Below, in pieces: positions 26,731 to 36,907 of a stretch of 64,000 nt of DNA. Position numbers and translations under genes: made by a program. How positions within the stretch are numbered: position 1 is the first letter of the stretch; every line of letters starts with the position of its first letter. The stretch spans positions 273-64,272 of the IMG/VR virus record IMGVR_UViG_3300046009_002028; one strand, 5' to 3'. Below the pieces are notes generated by a model. That model did not search any database, was not told the origin of the DNA, and saw only the letters and a list, made by a program, of their open reading frames with translations. Source of the stretch: a virus (Duplodnaviria > Caudoviricetes).

Positions 26731-29190
26731 ATGGCTCTAGCGCTAAATGACCGCGTACAACAGACGGGTACGGCTAATACCACAGTTAGCTTTACCCTAA
26801 CTGGAACTGTTACAGGCTTCCAAACGTTTGCCGTTATCGGCAATACTAATACTACATACTACTCAGCGTTTGATGGCGCAGGTAACTGGGAAGTAGGTCT
26901 TGGCACGTACTCAACAACGGGTCCTACGCTTACACGTACTACAATTCTATCCTCTAGCAACTCAAATACCGCAGTTACATTTAGTGGTGCCGTATCCGTA
27001 TTTGTCACATACCCATCATCAAAATCAGTATACGAAGATGCAAGTGGTAATGTAAGTCCATTAGGTACAATTGCGTCTGGCGTTTGGAACGGTTCAACTA
27101 TAGGGGTTGCTTACGGGGGTACAGGTGTTACTGCGTCTACCGGCGCTAACTCAGTTGTATTGCGTGATGCTAACCAAAATATAGCTGTAAACAGGCTGAA
27201 TCAATCTAACACCTCCACTGTATCTGCAGCGGGCACAACAATTTTAACTGCGGCCTCTACGTACTCCCAGACACTAACTGGGTCTACGACACAAACCTAT
27301 AGGATGCCTGACGCAACTACCCTAACAACAGGGGTAGCGTTTGAGTTTAACAATAACTCATCAGGTTTATTGACGATTCAGGATAACGCCTTAGCTACGA
27401 TTACTACTATTACTTCTGGCGGTGCGATTGAGCTTGTATTGCTATCTAATGCTACCGTTGCCGGTACTTGGGATGTGCATGGATATATACCTGAAAATGT
27501 TACTTGGGGTACTAACTCCCTAGCTCTTGGGTCAACTGTAATTTCTGGTGGTACTTGGCAAGGTGGTACTATTGCTTCAGGCTACGGCGGTACAGGCTTA
27601 ACTACATTCACTGCGGCAAACAACGCGCTATATTCAACATCAGCTTCAGCGCTAGCAGCAGGTACATTACCAGTAGCAGCGGGGGGTACAGGAACAGCAA
27701 CTGCACTTACAGCAGGCTCCGTAGTATTTGCCGGTACAGGCGGTACCTATTCACAGGATAATGCTCAATTCTTTTGGGATAATACTAATGACCGTTTGGG
27801 TATTGGTACTGCTACTCCTGCCGTTAAATTAGATGTAACAGGTTCTGCCGCAGCAAGCCTTGAAGGGGTGTTTACTAATACAAATACAGGTACATCAGCA
27901 AGTGCTGGAGTTAGAGGGGTTGGCAACAGCACGGGTTCTTGGTTGCTTAGACAATATGGTACAGGCGTAACTGCTACTGCATTTGGGCAGACACTTGCTA
28001 ACTATGCAGGTTTATTTTCAGATGGCGCATCAAGTAATGGATTGTTAGTTGGCTCTTTAACAGCAGACCCAGTTATTTTTGGTACAAACAACGCTGAACG
28101 TATGCGTATTGATTCTGCGGGTAACGTAGGGATAGCTGCAACTCCTAGTGCTTGGACGGGGTTAAATGTTTTAGAATTTGGCGGTGGTAATTTTACTGGC
28201 TCTAACAATGGTAACGGGCTGTGGTCTGGTAATAACACCTACTATAACGGTACAAATTGGATATACAAAACCACGGCTGCGGCCGCCTATTATGCACAGC
28301 AATTAGGTATTCACTCTTGGCATACAGTTGCATCAGGAACAGCAGGTACTACAGCAGCATTTGGTGAACGGATGCGTATTCATGTTTCTGGTGGCGTATC
28401 AATAGGTAATACCACAGACCCAGGCGCTACTAACTTAAGCGTAACAGGTAGAGTAAGCTCTACAACGGCTACCATAACCCCCAACACTTCTGGTGTATCT
28501 ACAGGATTAAACGTAGTCAACGGGGATATAACAACATACCGTACAGGCGGTACTACTGGGGTAATTTATTTAAGCAACTCTGGTACTAAATATTTATATT
28601 GGGATGGCACTAACTACAATATGCCTGGTGGAGCTGTTGTTGCTACAAATATTACCGCAGGAGGAAACACAACTGGCAACGCAGCGACAGCTACAACAGC
28701 TACAAACGTATCAGGCGGTACAGTAAATTCTACCACTCTAAACGTAGCAGGAAATGGTTCATCTGCTGACCCTTATGGAACTGCGGCTGTTACTGAGCCA
28801 GCCAATGCCAACAACTATTCATACTATGGTTCAACCAGGGCAGGGCAAATTGGGCTTGGATTTGGTATTACCGGCACTACAGGAGCATTAGGGCTAGGCG
28901 CCAACTCATATTGGATGGGGCAATCTGGCGCTGGTTCAGCAGGAGTAATGACGGTAGGCTGGGTCGCGTTTAACGGCTCTTCATTTAATACATCAGGCTC
29001 TATAGCTGCGACAACCACAGTAACGGGTACAACAATTAATTCATCGCAGCCATTTCATGTAAATAGTTTAACGGCAACTGTATCGTATTCAATCCCTGCT
29101 GGGTCTAGTGCAAGCTCTACTGGGCCAATTACAGTCAATAGCGGTGTTACAATTACAGTTCCTAGCGGCTCACGCTGGGTAGTTTTATAA
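26731..29190 (+). CDS. tail fibre protein
   Basis: MAL...DRV N-terminus, GGTG repeats, ERMRI repeats, GNAATAT, C-terminal GPIT...TVPSGS.W. Confidence 0.85.
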   Translation: MALALNDRVQQTGTANTTVSFTLTGTVTGFQTFAVIGNTNTTYYSAFDGAGNWEVGLGTYSTTGPTLTRTTILSSSNSNTAVTFSGAVSVFVTYPSSKSVYEDASGNVSPLGTIASGVWNGSTIGVAYGGTGVTASTGANSVVLRDANQNIAVNRLNQSNTSTVSAAGTTILTAASTYSQTLTGSTTQTYRMPDATTLTTGVAFEFNNNSSGLLTIQDNALATITTITSGGAIELVLLSNATVAGTWDVHGYIPENVTWGTNSLALGSTVISGGTWQGGTIASGYGGTGLTTFTAANNALYSTSASALAAGTLPVAAGGTGTATALTAGSVVFAGTGGTYSQDNAQFFWDNTNDRLGIGTATPAVKLDVTGSAAASLEGVFTNTNTGTSASAGVRGVGNSTGSWLLRQYGTGVTATAFGQTLANYAGLFSDGASSNGLLVGSLTADPVIFGTNNAERMRIDSAGNVGIAATPSAWTGLNVLEFGGGNFTGSNNGNGLWSGNNTYYNGTNWIYKTTAAAAYYAQQLGIHSWHTVASGTAGTTAAFGERMRIHVSGGVSIGNTTDPGATNLSVTGRVSSTTATITPNTSGVSTGLNVVNGDITTYRTGGTTGVIYLSNSGTKYLYWDGTNYNMPGGAVVATNITAGGNTTGNAATATTATNVSGGTVNSTTLNVAGNGSSADPYGTAAVTEPANANNYSYYGSTRAGQIGLGFGITGTTGALGLGANSYWMGQSGAGSAGVMTVGWVAFNGSSFNTSGSIAATTTVTGTTINSSQPFHVNSLTATVSYSIPAGSSASSTGPITVNSGVTITVPSGSRWVVL

Positions 29191-29199
29191 GGATATAAT

Positions 29200-29631
29200 A
29201 TGGCAGGAACGGTAATAGCAGATATAGTACAAGCGGCTTCAACAAGCCAGCTAAACATTAAGAATGGCGTGGCATTAACTCCGCCTACTATTTCAGATGT
29301 AAACAATGTGGCGATTGGAACATTCTGCCGTGCTTGGGTAAACTTTAATGGTACAGGCACAGTAGCGATAAGGGGTTCGTTTAATGTTACCTCTATTACG
29401 GATAACGGAGTAGGTGATTATACAGTAAACTTTACTAACGCTATGCCAGATGCAAACTACGCAATGGTAGGCGGTGGTGGTTCAGCAGTTCCTTCCCCTT
29501 TTCCGATGGGGATAAATAATACTACAGCCCCAACAACAACTGCATGCAGATTGATACAATGGTATATGACCGGAACAACAAACCAAGGTCCACAAGATGG
29601 TACTTGGAACAATGTGTCATTTTTCAGATAA
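29200..29631 (+). CDS. fibre-tip-like structural protein
   Basis: RAWVNFNG...NV.SI.D.G.GDY.VNF...MPDANY domain. Confidence 0.75.
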   Translation: MAGTVIADIVQAASTSQLNIKNGVALTPPTISDVNNVAIGTFCRAWVNFNGTGTVAIRGSFNVTSITDNGVGDYTVNFTNAMPDANYAMVGGGGSAVPSPFPMGINNTTAPTTTACRLIQWYMTGTTNQGPQDGTWNNVSFFR

Positions 29632-29643
29632 GGATAAATCATA

Positions 29644-30213
29644 ATGGCTTCAGTAGTTCTTTCAGGTAATACAAGCGGTTCGGTTACACTATCCGCACCA
29701 GCCGTTGCAGGGTCATCAACACAGACATTGGTGGCGGTAACAGATACATTAGCCCCTATTGTAAGGGGTACAGCGCAGGCAACAAATACAGGCGCTACAT
29801 CTTATGAATATACTGGGATACCTAGTTGGGTAAAGCGAATTACTTTTATAGTTAGTGGTATAACAATGAATACTACAACCGTTATGTGTGTCCAAATAGG
29901 TTCTGGAACTTATACCACTTCAGGGTATTTAGGCGCAAGCTGGCCAGCGGCTGGAGGTGCAGCGGCTAACTCAGTAGGGTTTGGTATCGCAGGTAACTTA
30001 GCAGCTTCTGATGTAATTTATGGTGCTTTAACCTTATTTAATATTACAGGTAATACTTGGGTAGCAGGTTCACAAGGTGCGGTAAACCAAGCAAACCTTG
30101 CTGTTGGTGGCGGTACAGTAACCATTGGAGGTACATTAGACCGTGTGCGACTTACCACTTCAGTTGGCACAGCCACATTTGATGGCGGCACAATAAACAT
30201 AATGTACGAATAG
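29644..30213 (+). CDS. fibre-associated structural protein
   Basis: G.TSG..TL.APAVAG N-terminus; GIPSWVKRIT; FD.G.INI.YE. Confidence 0.75.
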   Translation: MASVVLSGNTSGSVTLSAPAVAGSSTQTLVAVTDTLAPIVRGTAQATNTGATSYEYTGIPSWVKRITFIVSGITMNTTTVMCVQIGSGTYTTSGYLGASWPAAGGAAANSVGFGIAGNLAASDVIYGALTLFNITGNTWVAGSQGAVNQANLAVGGGTVTIGGTLDRVRLTTSVGTATFDGGTINIMYE

Positions 30214-30220
30214 GATAATC

Positions 30221-30592
30221 ATGGCAGTTACAATAGACGGAACAGCGAATACAATTACGGCAACGGCAACATTAAACCCAACTGCAATTGGTTGGGGTAG
30301 CCTTATTACTCGCGCTGTTAATACTTGGTACAGCCCGACTGTAAATTGCTTTGTTACTGTACGAGCAGTAGGCTCTTTCAGGAATGGCTTAGATGTTTTG
30401 GCAGGGACAAGCACTACAGTAAACACTGTAATTGCAACCCTAGGGGATGACATAAATAACAACACAAAAGGTTTTTCTTTTGGGTTCCCAGTTAAAGCTG
30501 GGGCGTATTATTATATTCGCTCACCATCTACTTTTGTAGGAACAGATGCTTTTGAAACTATCAACATTTATGAAGCCCCTGCAACAGCGTAA
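30221..30592 (+). CDS. fibre-associated structural protein
   Basis: MAVTIDG N-terminus; beta-rich. Confidence 0.65.
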   Translation: MAVTIDGTANTITATATLNPTAIGWGSLITRAVNTWYSPTVNCFVTVRAVGSFRNGLDVLAGTSTTVNTVIATLGDDINNNTKGFSFGFPVKAGAYYYIRSPSTFVGTDAFETINIYEAPATA

Positions 30593-30601
30593 GGATAAAC
30601 T

Positions 30602-30796
30602 ATGCAAAGAATTATATACAAAACAGATAACGGGGGTGTGGCAATAATAATCCCAACTGCTGAGTGGTTGGCATCGCATACCATTGAGGAATTAGCAGAA
30701 AAAGATGTACCTGCTGGGGCTGAATTTAAAATAGTAGATGTATCTGATATTCCGGAAGACAGAACATTTCGCGATGCCTGGGAGTATGCAGCATGA
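30602..30796 (+). CDS. small fibre-assembly-type protein
   Basis: KDVP.G....VD..DIP.DR.FR.AW. Confidence 0.7.
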   Translation: MQRIIYKTDNGGVAIIIPTAEWLASHTIEELAEKDVPAGAEFKIVDVSDIPEDRTFRDAWEYAA

Positions 30797-31017
30797 TTAC
30801 CATTAACTTTGATAAAGCTAAAGAGATTACCAAGGCACGATTACGTTTTGAACGAACATCTTTATTACAAGCTCAAGATGTAGCCTTTCAACGAGCATTA
30901 GAGTCAGGTGCAGATACATCTGCTATCGTGGCGGAGAAACAACGCTTGCGAGACATTACCCTATTAGCAGAAGCCGCAGAATCGTTAGATGAGCTAAAGG
31001 CGCTTAAGGCTGAGTAA
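30793..31017 (+). CDS. tail fibre assembly chaperone-like protein
   Basis: R..R..LL...D....RA.E...KQ.LRDIT. Confidence 0.7.
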   Translation: MITINFDKAKEITKARLRFERTSLLQAQDVAFQRALESGADTSAIVAEKQRLRDITLLAEAAESLDELKALKAE

Positions 31018-31982
31018 TGTTTGGCATATCCGCTTTTGCCCAGACCCCGTTTGCTAGTTTAGCAGGCAACACCCTTTTTGCGGACTTGACTGAGGGTATA
31101 GGGCTAGCGGATAGCAGCACACAACTAAGTGCGTTTTTACAGACTCGTGCAGAACCGATAACCTTAACTGATAACAACTCGCAAGCGGGTATATTTATCT
31201 TTGGAAAAACAGAAAACTTTGGGGCTGGCGACTCAAGTACGCAGTTATCTACGTTCTTACAAAGTTTAACAGAGAATCTAAACCTAGCAGACACACCAAC
31301 TATTACTGCAGGATTTGCACAAAGTCGTGCAGAGAATATTGGACTACTAGATACACCCGTACCGTACTTTGCTGCATTACAAACTAGATTAGAACCGTTT
31401 ACGCTAGCAGATAGTAGCACACAGCAGTCGGCATTTTTACAGACACGCGTTGAGCCAATTACACTAGCAGATAGCAGCACTCAACAGTCTGCATTTTTAC
31501 AGACACGCGTTGAGCCAATTACAGTAAACGACATAGAGGCTATTACTGCTCAGTTTGTACAATCGGTATCGGAAGCAACTAGAATAAATGATGTACTCGC
31601 TGCGGGTACTGCGTATTTAATATCTATAGCGGAAAACACAACAGTAGCTGACGCAAACATATCCGCTAAAAACATTTTCTATAGCATAGCAGAGTCGTTT
31701 TCAAGTACTGACGCATTATCAATAACTGCACAATTTGCCGTAGCACTAATTGAAAACTTTGCTTTACTAGACTCAACAACCACAACAGGCTGGATTAAAA
31801 TAATTGCAGGAAACGTAGCGGATTGGAATCCGATAGATGACTCGCAAATAAACACCTGGTTAGCAATAAATGATGCACAAACACCAGGGTGGGTGGCAGT
31901 GACAGATACACAGACTAGTACTTGGACTGACATAGATGATGCACAGAATCCAAACTGGACTAACGTTGACGATAATCAATAA
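31017..31982 (+). CDS. repeat-containing virion protein
   Basis: MFGISAFAQTPFASL N-terminus, 20-aa repeats (LADSSTQQSAFLQTRVEPIT), C-terminal W..I.D.Q repeats. Confidence 0.75.
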   Translation: MFGISAFAQTPFASLAGNTLFADLTEGIGLADSSTQLSAFLQTRAEPITLTDNNSQAGIFIFGKTENFGAGDSSTQLSTFLQSLTENLNLADTPTITAGFAQSRAENIGLLDTPVPYFAALQTRLEPFTLADSSTQQSAFLQTRVEPITLADSSTQQSAFLQTRVEPITVNDIEAITAQFVQSVSEATRINDVLAAGTAYLISIAENTTVADANISAKNIFYSIAESFSSTDALSITAQFAVALIENFALLDSTTTTGWIKIIAGNVADWNPIDDSQINTWLAINDAQTPGWVAVTDTQTSTWTDIDDAQNPNWTNVDDNQ

Positions 31983-32018
31983 TACTGTACAATACAAATA
32001 GTTAAATAGGGGCTAATA

Positions 32019-32240
32019 ATGGCTGAAGTACAAGTAGAATTAACATCAGAAGAAGAATCCCGTATTAAGTGGGAAAGCTTATTGCTGGGTAAAACTCAAG
32101 CCGTAGTCGAACCTGTGCCCGTTGAAGAACAAATTACCGAAATAGAAGGCACAGTAGAAGTGCCCGAAGAAATAGAAGACTCCCCAGAAGCCGTACTTTC
32201 TCAATTATTTAAGAGTATGGTAAAAGGTGTAAAGGAATAA
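32019..32240 (+). CDS. acidic hypothetical protein
   Basis: ORF with GGGG RBS; Glu-rich. Confidence 0.55.
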   Translation: MAEVQVELTSEEESRIKWESLLLGKTQAVVEPVPVEEQITEIEGTVEVPEEIEDSPEAVLSQLFKSMVKGVKE

Positions 32241-32243
32241 ATA

Positions 32244-33815
32244 ATGGCAAGTACCTATTCACCACTAAAAATTGAGCTTATTACCACTGGCGAGCAATCG
32301 GGTACGTGGGGTTCAACCACAAACGTTAATCTAGGCACAGCGCTTGAAGAAGCTATTACTGGGTCTGCCAATGTTACCTTTGCTAGTGCTAACGTCACTC
32401 TAACATTAACGGATACTAACGGAACGCAAACTGCTCGCAACCTACGACTACGCTTAACCGGAACTACAGCTGGCGCTAGAAACTTAATTGTACCTGCGAT
32501 AGAAAAACAATACATCGTGCAGAATGACTGTGCTGATGCAGTTACAATAAAAAACGCTACAGGTACCGGTGTAGCCGTACCACCAACAATGTCAGCCGTT
32601 GTGTTCAATGATGGTACAAATATAACCAGTGCGGCAGTGTATTCAACCTCAGTAGTAACACCTACCCTAGCGGCAACTGACGCGGTATTTATCAATGCAC
32701 TACCTGTTACTTCTGGTGGTACGGGGGTTACAACTGCAACAGGTACGGGTGCAGTAGTTCGTGCAGTTAGTCCAGCGTTAACAACCCCAGCACTGGGTAC
32801 TCCGACATCAGGCACACTAACAAGTTGTACAGGTCTTCCACTATCTACAGGTGTGACTGGTACATTAGGTGTCACTAACGGCGGTACTGGAGTAACTACA
32901 TCTACAGGTTCAGGTAGCAATGTTTTAAGCACTTCCCCTACCCTAGTTACACCGGCTTTAGGTACCCCATCCGCATTGGTGCTTACTAATGCAACAGGTC
33001 TTCCTATGTCTACCGGCGTTACTGGCACATTAGGGGTTACTAATGGTGGTACGGGGGTTACAACATCTACCGGCTCCGGCAGTAATGTACTCTCAACAAG
33101 CCCCACTCTAGTCACCCCGATATTAGGCACTCCGACATCAGGCACATTAACTAACTGTACTGGCCTTCCCATTGCTACAGGTGTTTCAGGTCTTGGTACG
33201 GGGGTAGCCACATTCTTAGCAACACCATCAAGTGCTAACCTTGCCGCCGCTGTTACAAATGAAACGGGTTCAGGTGCATTGGTATTTGCCACAAGCCCTA
33301 CTTTAGTTACACCGGTATTAGGTACTCCGTCCAGCGGCACATTAACAAGCTGTACGGGCCTTCCATTAACTACAGGTGTTACAGGTACGCTCGCAGTTGC
33401 TAATGGTGGTACAGGTGTGACTACGTCAACGGGTTCAGGCAATGTGGTGTTGTCGACAAGCCCAACACTAGTAACCCCAAACCTAGGAACCCCTAGTACT
33501 TTAGTAGGGACAAACATCACAGGTACCGCAGCGGGGCTTTCTATTGGTGGGAATGCTGCAACAGCCTCTAACCCTATCGGTGAAGGACAAACCTGGCAAA
33601 CTGTAACTAGGTTAGCTAATACTAACTATACAAACTCTACCGGCAAATCTATTATGGTATCTTTATATGCATTGGGGACGTTGCAGCTTACGGTCGATGG
33701 GCTTATCGTTGCCCAAAGTACTGTAAATAATGCGGGTAATAGTATAACTGCAATAGTTCAAAATGGGTCTGTATACTCATGTAACCAGGCCGCGTGGGTA
33801 GCTGAATTACGCTAA
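32244..33815 (+). CDS. tail fibre protein, paralog A
   Basis: MASTYS.LKIEL..TGEQSGTWG anchor; repeated TGLP.STGVTGTL.V.NGGTG...SPTLVTP.LGTP shaft. Confidence 0.85.
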   Translation: MASTYSPLKIELITTGEQSGTWGSTTNVNLGTALEEAITGSANVTFASANVTLTLTDTNGTQTARNLRLRLTGTTAGARNLIVPAIEKQYIVQNDCADAVTIKNATGTGVAVPPTMSAVVFNDGTNITSAAVYSTSVVTPTLAATDAVFINALPVTSGGTGVTTATGTGAVVRAVSPALTTPALGTPTSGTLTSCTGLPLSTGVTGTLGVTNGGTGVTTSTGSGSNVLSTSPTLVTPALGTPSALVLTNATGLPMSTGVTGTLGVTNGGTGVTTSTGSGSNVLSTSPTLVTPILGTPTSGTLTNCTGLPIATGVSGLGTGVATFLATPSSANLAAAVTNETGSGALVFATSPTLVTPVLGTPSSGTLTSCTGLPLTTGVTGTLAVANGGTGVTTSTGSGNVVLSTSPTLVTPNLGTPSTLVGTNITGTAAGLSIGGNAATASNPIGEGQTWQTVTRLANTNYTNSTGKSIMVSLYALGTLQLTVDGLIVAQSTVNNAGNSITAIVQNGSVYSCNQAAWVAELR

Positions 33816-33824
33816 GGAAATAAC

Positions 33825-34175
33825 ATGAAACTGTATCTATCACCAACAAATCAAGTTTATGCATACGAATCCGACGGGTCACAAGATTACCTAATTCCTT
33901 CAGACTATGTGCCTATTACGCAAGCAGAAGCGGATGCAATCATTGCAGCGGAAACACCCGCAGACCAAAACAAAGCGACTGCAATAGGCTTACTAGAAGA
34001 AACAGACTGGACACAGATTCCTAGTGTAAGCGACCCAGCACTTAGTAATCCATACCTAGGGAATAAACTTGCTTTTGACCAGTACCGTAATGCAGTTCGT
34101 CAGTATGCACTTTATCCAGTATCCGGCAAAATAGTATGGCCTGTAGCCCCACAAGAAAATTGGGTTAAGGTTTAA
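33825..34175 (+). CDS. tail fibre assembly chaperone
   Basis: LL.ETDWTQ...YR.A.R...WP.AP; follows fibre A. Confidence 0.8.
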   Translation: MKLYLSPTNQVYAYESDGSQDYLIPSDYVPITQAEADAIIAAETPADQNKATAIGLLEETDWTQIPSVSDPALSNPYLGNKLAFDQYRNAVRQYALYPVSGKIVWPVAPQENWVKV

Positions 34176-34189
34176 ATAAGGATTAAACA

Positions 34190-36010
34190 ATGGCAAGTAC
34201 CTATTCACCACTTAAGATAGAGCTAATCACTACCGGGGAACAATCCGGTACGTGGGGGTCAACTACGAACGTCAACTTGGGCACTGCTATTGGAGAGGCA
34301 ATTACCGGGTCTGCAGATGTAACTTTTGCCAGTGCTAACGTAACACTAACCCTAACAGATACCAACGGGACGCAAACTGCGCGTAACCTACGTTTGCGCT
34401 TGACAGGTACAACTGGCGGAGCCAGAGACTTAATCGTTCCTAATATTGAAAAGCAATACATCGTACAAAACGATACTGCAAATACTGTTACTATTAAAAA
34501 CTCTACGGGTACAGGCGTTGCAATACCATCTTCAGTATCGGCAATTGTATTTAATGACGGCGTAAATATAACCAGTGCAGGTACGTATTCAACATCAATA
34601 GTGACACCTCTATTAGCGGCTACAGATGCAGCGTTTGTAAATGCCCTCCCAGTTACATCAGGTGGTACAGGTGTTACGACCGCTACGGGTACAGGGTCTG
34701 TAGTACGTGCGGTTAGTCCATCTATAACTAGCCCAACATTAACAACCCCAGCATTAGGCACACCAGCGTCTGGAGTTTTAACTAGCTGTACCGGGCTTCC
34801 GTTATCCACTGGTATCGTCGGCACATTAGGTGTTACCAATGGTGGTACAGGTGTTACGACTTCTACTGGTTCTGGCAGTAATGTGCTTAATACATCGCCA
34901 ACTCTAGTTACTCCATTGTTGGGAACCCCGACATCAGGTACTTTAACTAACTGTACAGGACTTCCAGTATCTTCTGGAGTTTCAGGCTTAGGCACGGGGA
35001 TTGCAACCTTTTTAACCACCCCTTCTAGTGCTAACTTAGCAGCTGCTGTAACAGGTGAAACCGGGTCCGGCGCATTAGTATTCGCCACCAGCCCTACATT
35101 GGTAACGCCTGTATTGGGCACTCCTTCTTCAGGCACACTAACGAGTTGTACCGGGCTTCCGCTGACCACAGGCGTTACAGGTACTCTTCCCGTTGCTAAT
35201 GGCGGTACAGGTGTAACTACAAGCACTGGTACAGGCAATGTGGTGTTATCTACAAGCCCCACATTAGTAACACCTATTTTAGGAACACCCACATCAGGTA
35301 CTTTAACTAACTGTACGTTTCCAACACTTAACCAAAATACAACTGGCAACGCAGCAACGGCAACGCTAGCGGCGACCGCTACAAACGCTTTAGCTTGCTC
35401 AGGAAACTCAGCTACTGCCACTCAATTTTCCACCGCTAGTGGCTCTGCACCCTCATACGGAACAAGGGCTTGGGTTAACTTTAACGGCGCTATTGCATCA
35501 GTTAATAACTTGACAGGTACATACGTCAGACTAGCTGCAAGTTCAACGGTAACGGTTACAGCAACAGCACACGGGCAATTAGTAGGAAGCCAAGTTTATT
35601 TAGATTTTACTACGGGTACGGGGTTAGATGGGATATACACGGTAGTTTCCGCCGCCGATGCAAATACATTTACTGTTACAACCGTGGCCACCACTGCAAC
35701 AAGCGGTAACGTAAGTCTTCGTCGCTGCAGTATTAGAGCAAGTGGTAACGTTAGTTCTGTAGCCTATCTATCTGCTGGAGACTATGCAATTAATTTTACA
35801 ACTGCTATGCCCGATGCCAATTTTAGTTTAAGTGGTGCTGTCGATGGGTGGTCAATTGCGGGCATGAATAACGGTTTATATAGTGTTGGAATCGTTACGT
35901 TAGCAACTACCTATGCGCGTGTATATGCAATTGGAACTAACGGTGGTGGTAATAACACGGCTTTTTACATAGCAGATACTCCTACTATTACGGCGCAAAT
36001 AATACGATGA
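34190..36010 (+). CDS. tail fibre protein, paralog B
   Basis: Same anchor and shaft as paralog A; different C-terminal domain. Confidence 0.85.
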   Translation: MASTYSPLKIELITTGEQSGTWGSTTNVNLGTAIGEAITGSADVTFASANVTLTLTDTNGTQTARNLRLRLTGTTGGARDLIVPNIEKQYIVQNDTANTVTIKNSTGTGVAIPSSVSAIVFNDGVNITSAGTYSTSIVTPLLAATDAAFVNALPVTSGGTGVTTATGTGSVVRAVSPSITSPTLTTPALGTPASGVLTSCTGLPLSTGIVGTLGVTNGGTGVTTSTGSGSNVLNTSPTLVTPLLGTPTSGTLTNCTGLPVSSGVSGLGTGIATFLTTPSSANLAAAVTGETGSGALVFATSPTLVTPVLGTPSSGTLTSCTGLPLTTGVTGTLPVANGGTGVTTSTGTGNVVLSTSPTLVTPILGTPTSGTLTNCTFPTLNQNTTGNAATATLAATATNALACSGNSATATQFSTASGSAPSYGTRAWVNFNGAIASVNNLTGTYVRLAASSTVTVTATAHGQLVGSQVYLDFTTGTGLDGIYTVVSAADANTFTVTTVATTATSGNVSLRRCSIRASGNVSSVAYLSAGDYAINFTTAMPDANFSLSGAVDGWSIAGMNNGLYSVGIVTLATTYARVYAIGTNGGGNNTAFYIADTPTITAQIIR

Positions 36011-36444
36011 AACTCTCAGAACATTTTAACTTAGATGAATTTACCGCATCAGAGACAGCGCTGCGCAAAGGGATTGACAACACCCCAGGACCAGTCGTTA
36101 CGGAAAAACTTCGTATGCTGGCTGCTACGCTGGAGCAAGTTCGTAGCTTATTGGGCAATAATTCCATTCGTATATCTAGTGGTTATCGTTGTCTTGCTCT
36201 TAATCGTGCTATTGGAAGTGGTGATTTATCTGCGCACGTACTGGGTTATGCCGTTGATTTTACGTGTCCGGGCTTTGGTACACCGAAAGAAGTAGCCAAT
36301 AAGATTGCTGAGTCACCAATTAAATTCGACCAGTTGATTTACGAAGGCACTTGGGTGCATCTAAGCATAGACCCACGCAACAGACGCGAAGTGCTAACAG
36401 CACACTTTGGCAATGGCAAGACAAGCTACACGAAAGGAATCTAA
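36007..36444 (+). CDS. endolysin, peptidase M15 family
   Basis: LSEHF.L.EF, SGYRC..LN..IG, SAH..G.AVD, WVH. Confidence 0.9.
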   Translation: MKLSEHFNLDEFTASETALRKGIDNTPGPVVTEKLRMLAATLEQVRSLLGNNSIRISSGYRCLALNRAIGSGDLSAHVLGYAVDFTCPGFGTPKEVANKIAESPIKFDQLIYEGTWVHLSIDPRNRREVLTAHFGNGKTSYTKGI

Positions 36445-36446
36445 TT

Positions 36447-36713
36447 ATGGATATGACAAAAATAACGACAATGCTTTTCCCTGTAATGATTTCAGCTATT
36501 GCGTGGTTGCTTGGGCAAATGAGTTCTATGCAAGGTGATTTGATTGACATTAAGTCTAAGATGCCAGCCCTTATTACCCAACAAGGTGTTCCAACCGACA
36601 GCCCAATATCTGCTGAATCACGTAATAAACTTAAAGAAGAAATGAACAACAAACTTGGCGAGCTAAATGTTCGCATCCGAATCCTAGAAGAACACGATAA
36701 GGACAGAAAATGA
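36447..36713 (+). CDS. membrane-anchored lysis-region protein (start reassigned to 36447)
   Basis: AAGGA RBS; N-terminal TM segment followed by coiled coil. Confidence 0.6.
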   Translation: MDMTKITTMLFPVMISAIAWLLGQMSSMQGDLIDIKSKMPALITQQGVPTDSPISAESRNKLKEEMNNKLGELNVRIRILEEHDKDRK

Positions 36714-36907
36714 ACTTTGATAGCGTAGGTGGTAGACGTTTTTTATTTGCGGTAGGACTGACCCTTGTCTCTGCCGGTTTGTTGCTTTCAGGCAAGTTAG
36801 CTAGTGGCGACTTTACTAGCATCGTTAACTTTAATGTGATAGCTTTAGTAGCTGGACACACAGCAGACAAGTTTGCAGGTAAGAAAAATGATACCACTGC
36901 CGCTTAA
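36710..36907 (+). CDS. putative holin
   Basis: 65 aa, two hydrophobic segments, between endolysin and spanin. Confidence 0.6.
   Translation: MNFDSVGGRRFLFAVGLTLVSAGLLLSGKLASGDFTSIVNFNVIALVAGHTADKFAGKKNDTTAA

Noticed and set aside
32255-35421. Long antisense ORFs 32255..33520 and 34201..35421
   Set aside because: Shadows of Thr/Gly-rich repetitive fibre genes; Val/Pro-rich translation and no RBS.
32244-36010. Diversity-generating retroelement acting on the fibres
   Set aside because: No reverse transcriptase recognised; differences between copies are synonymous at all bases rather than adenine-specific.
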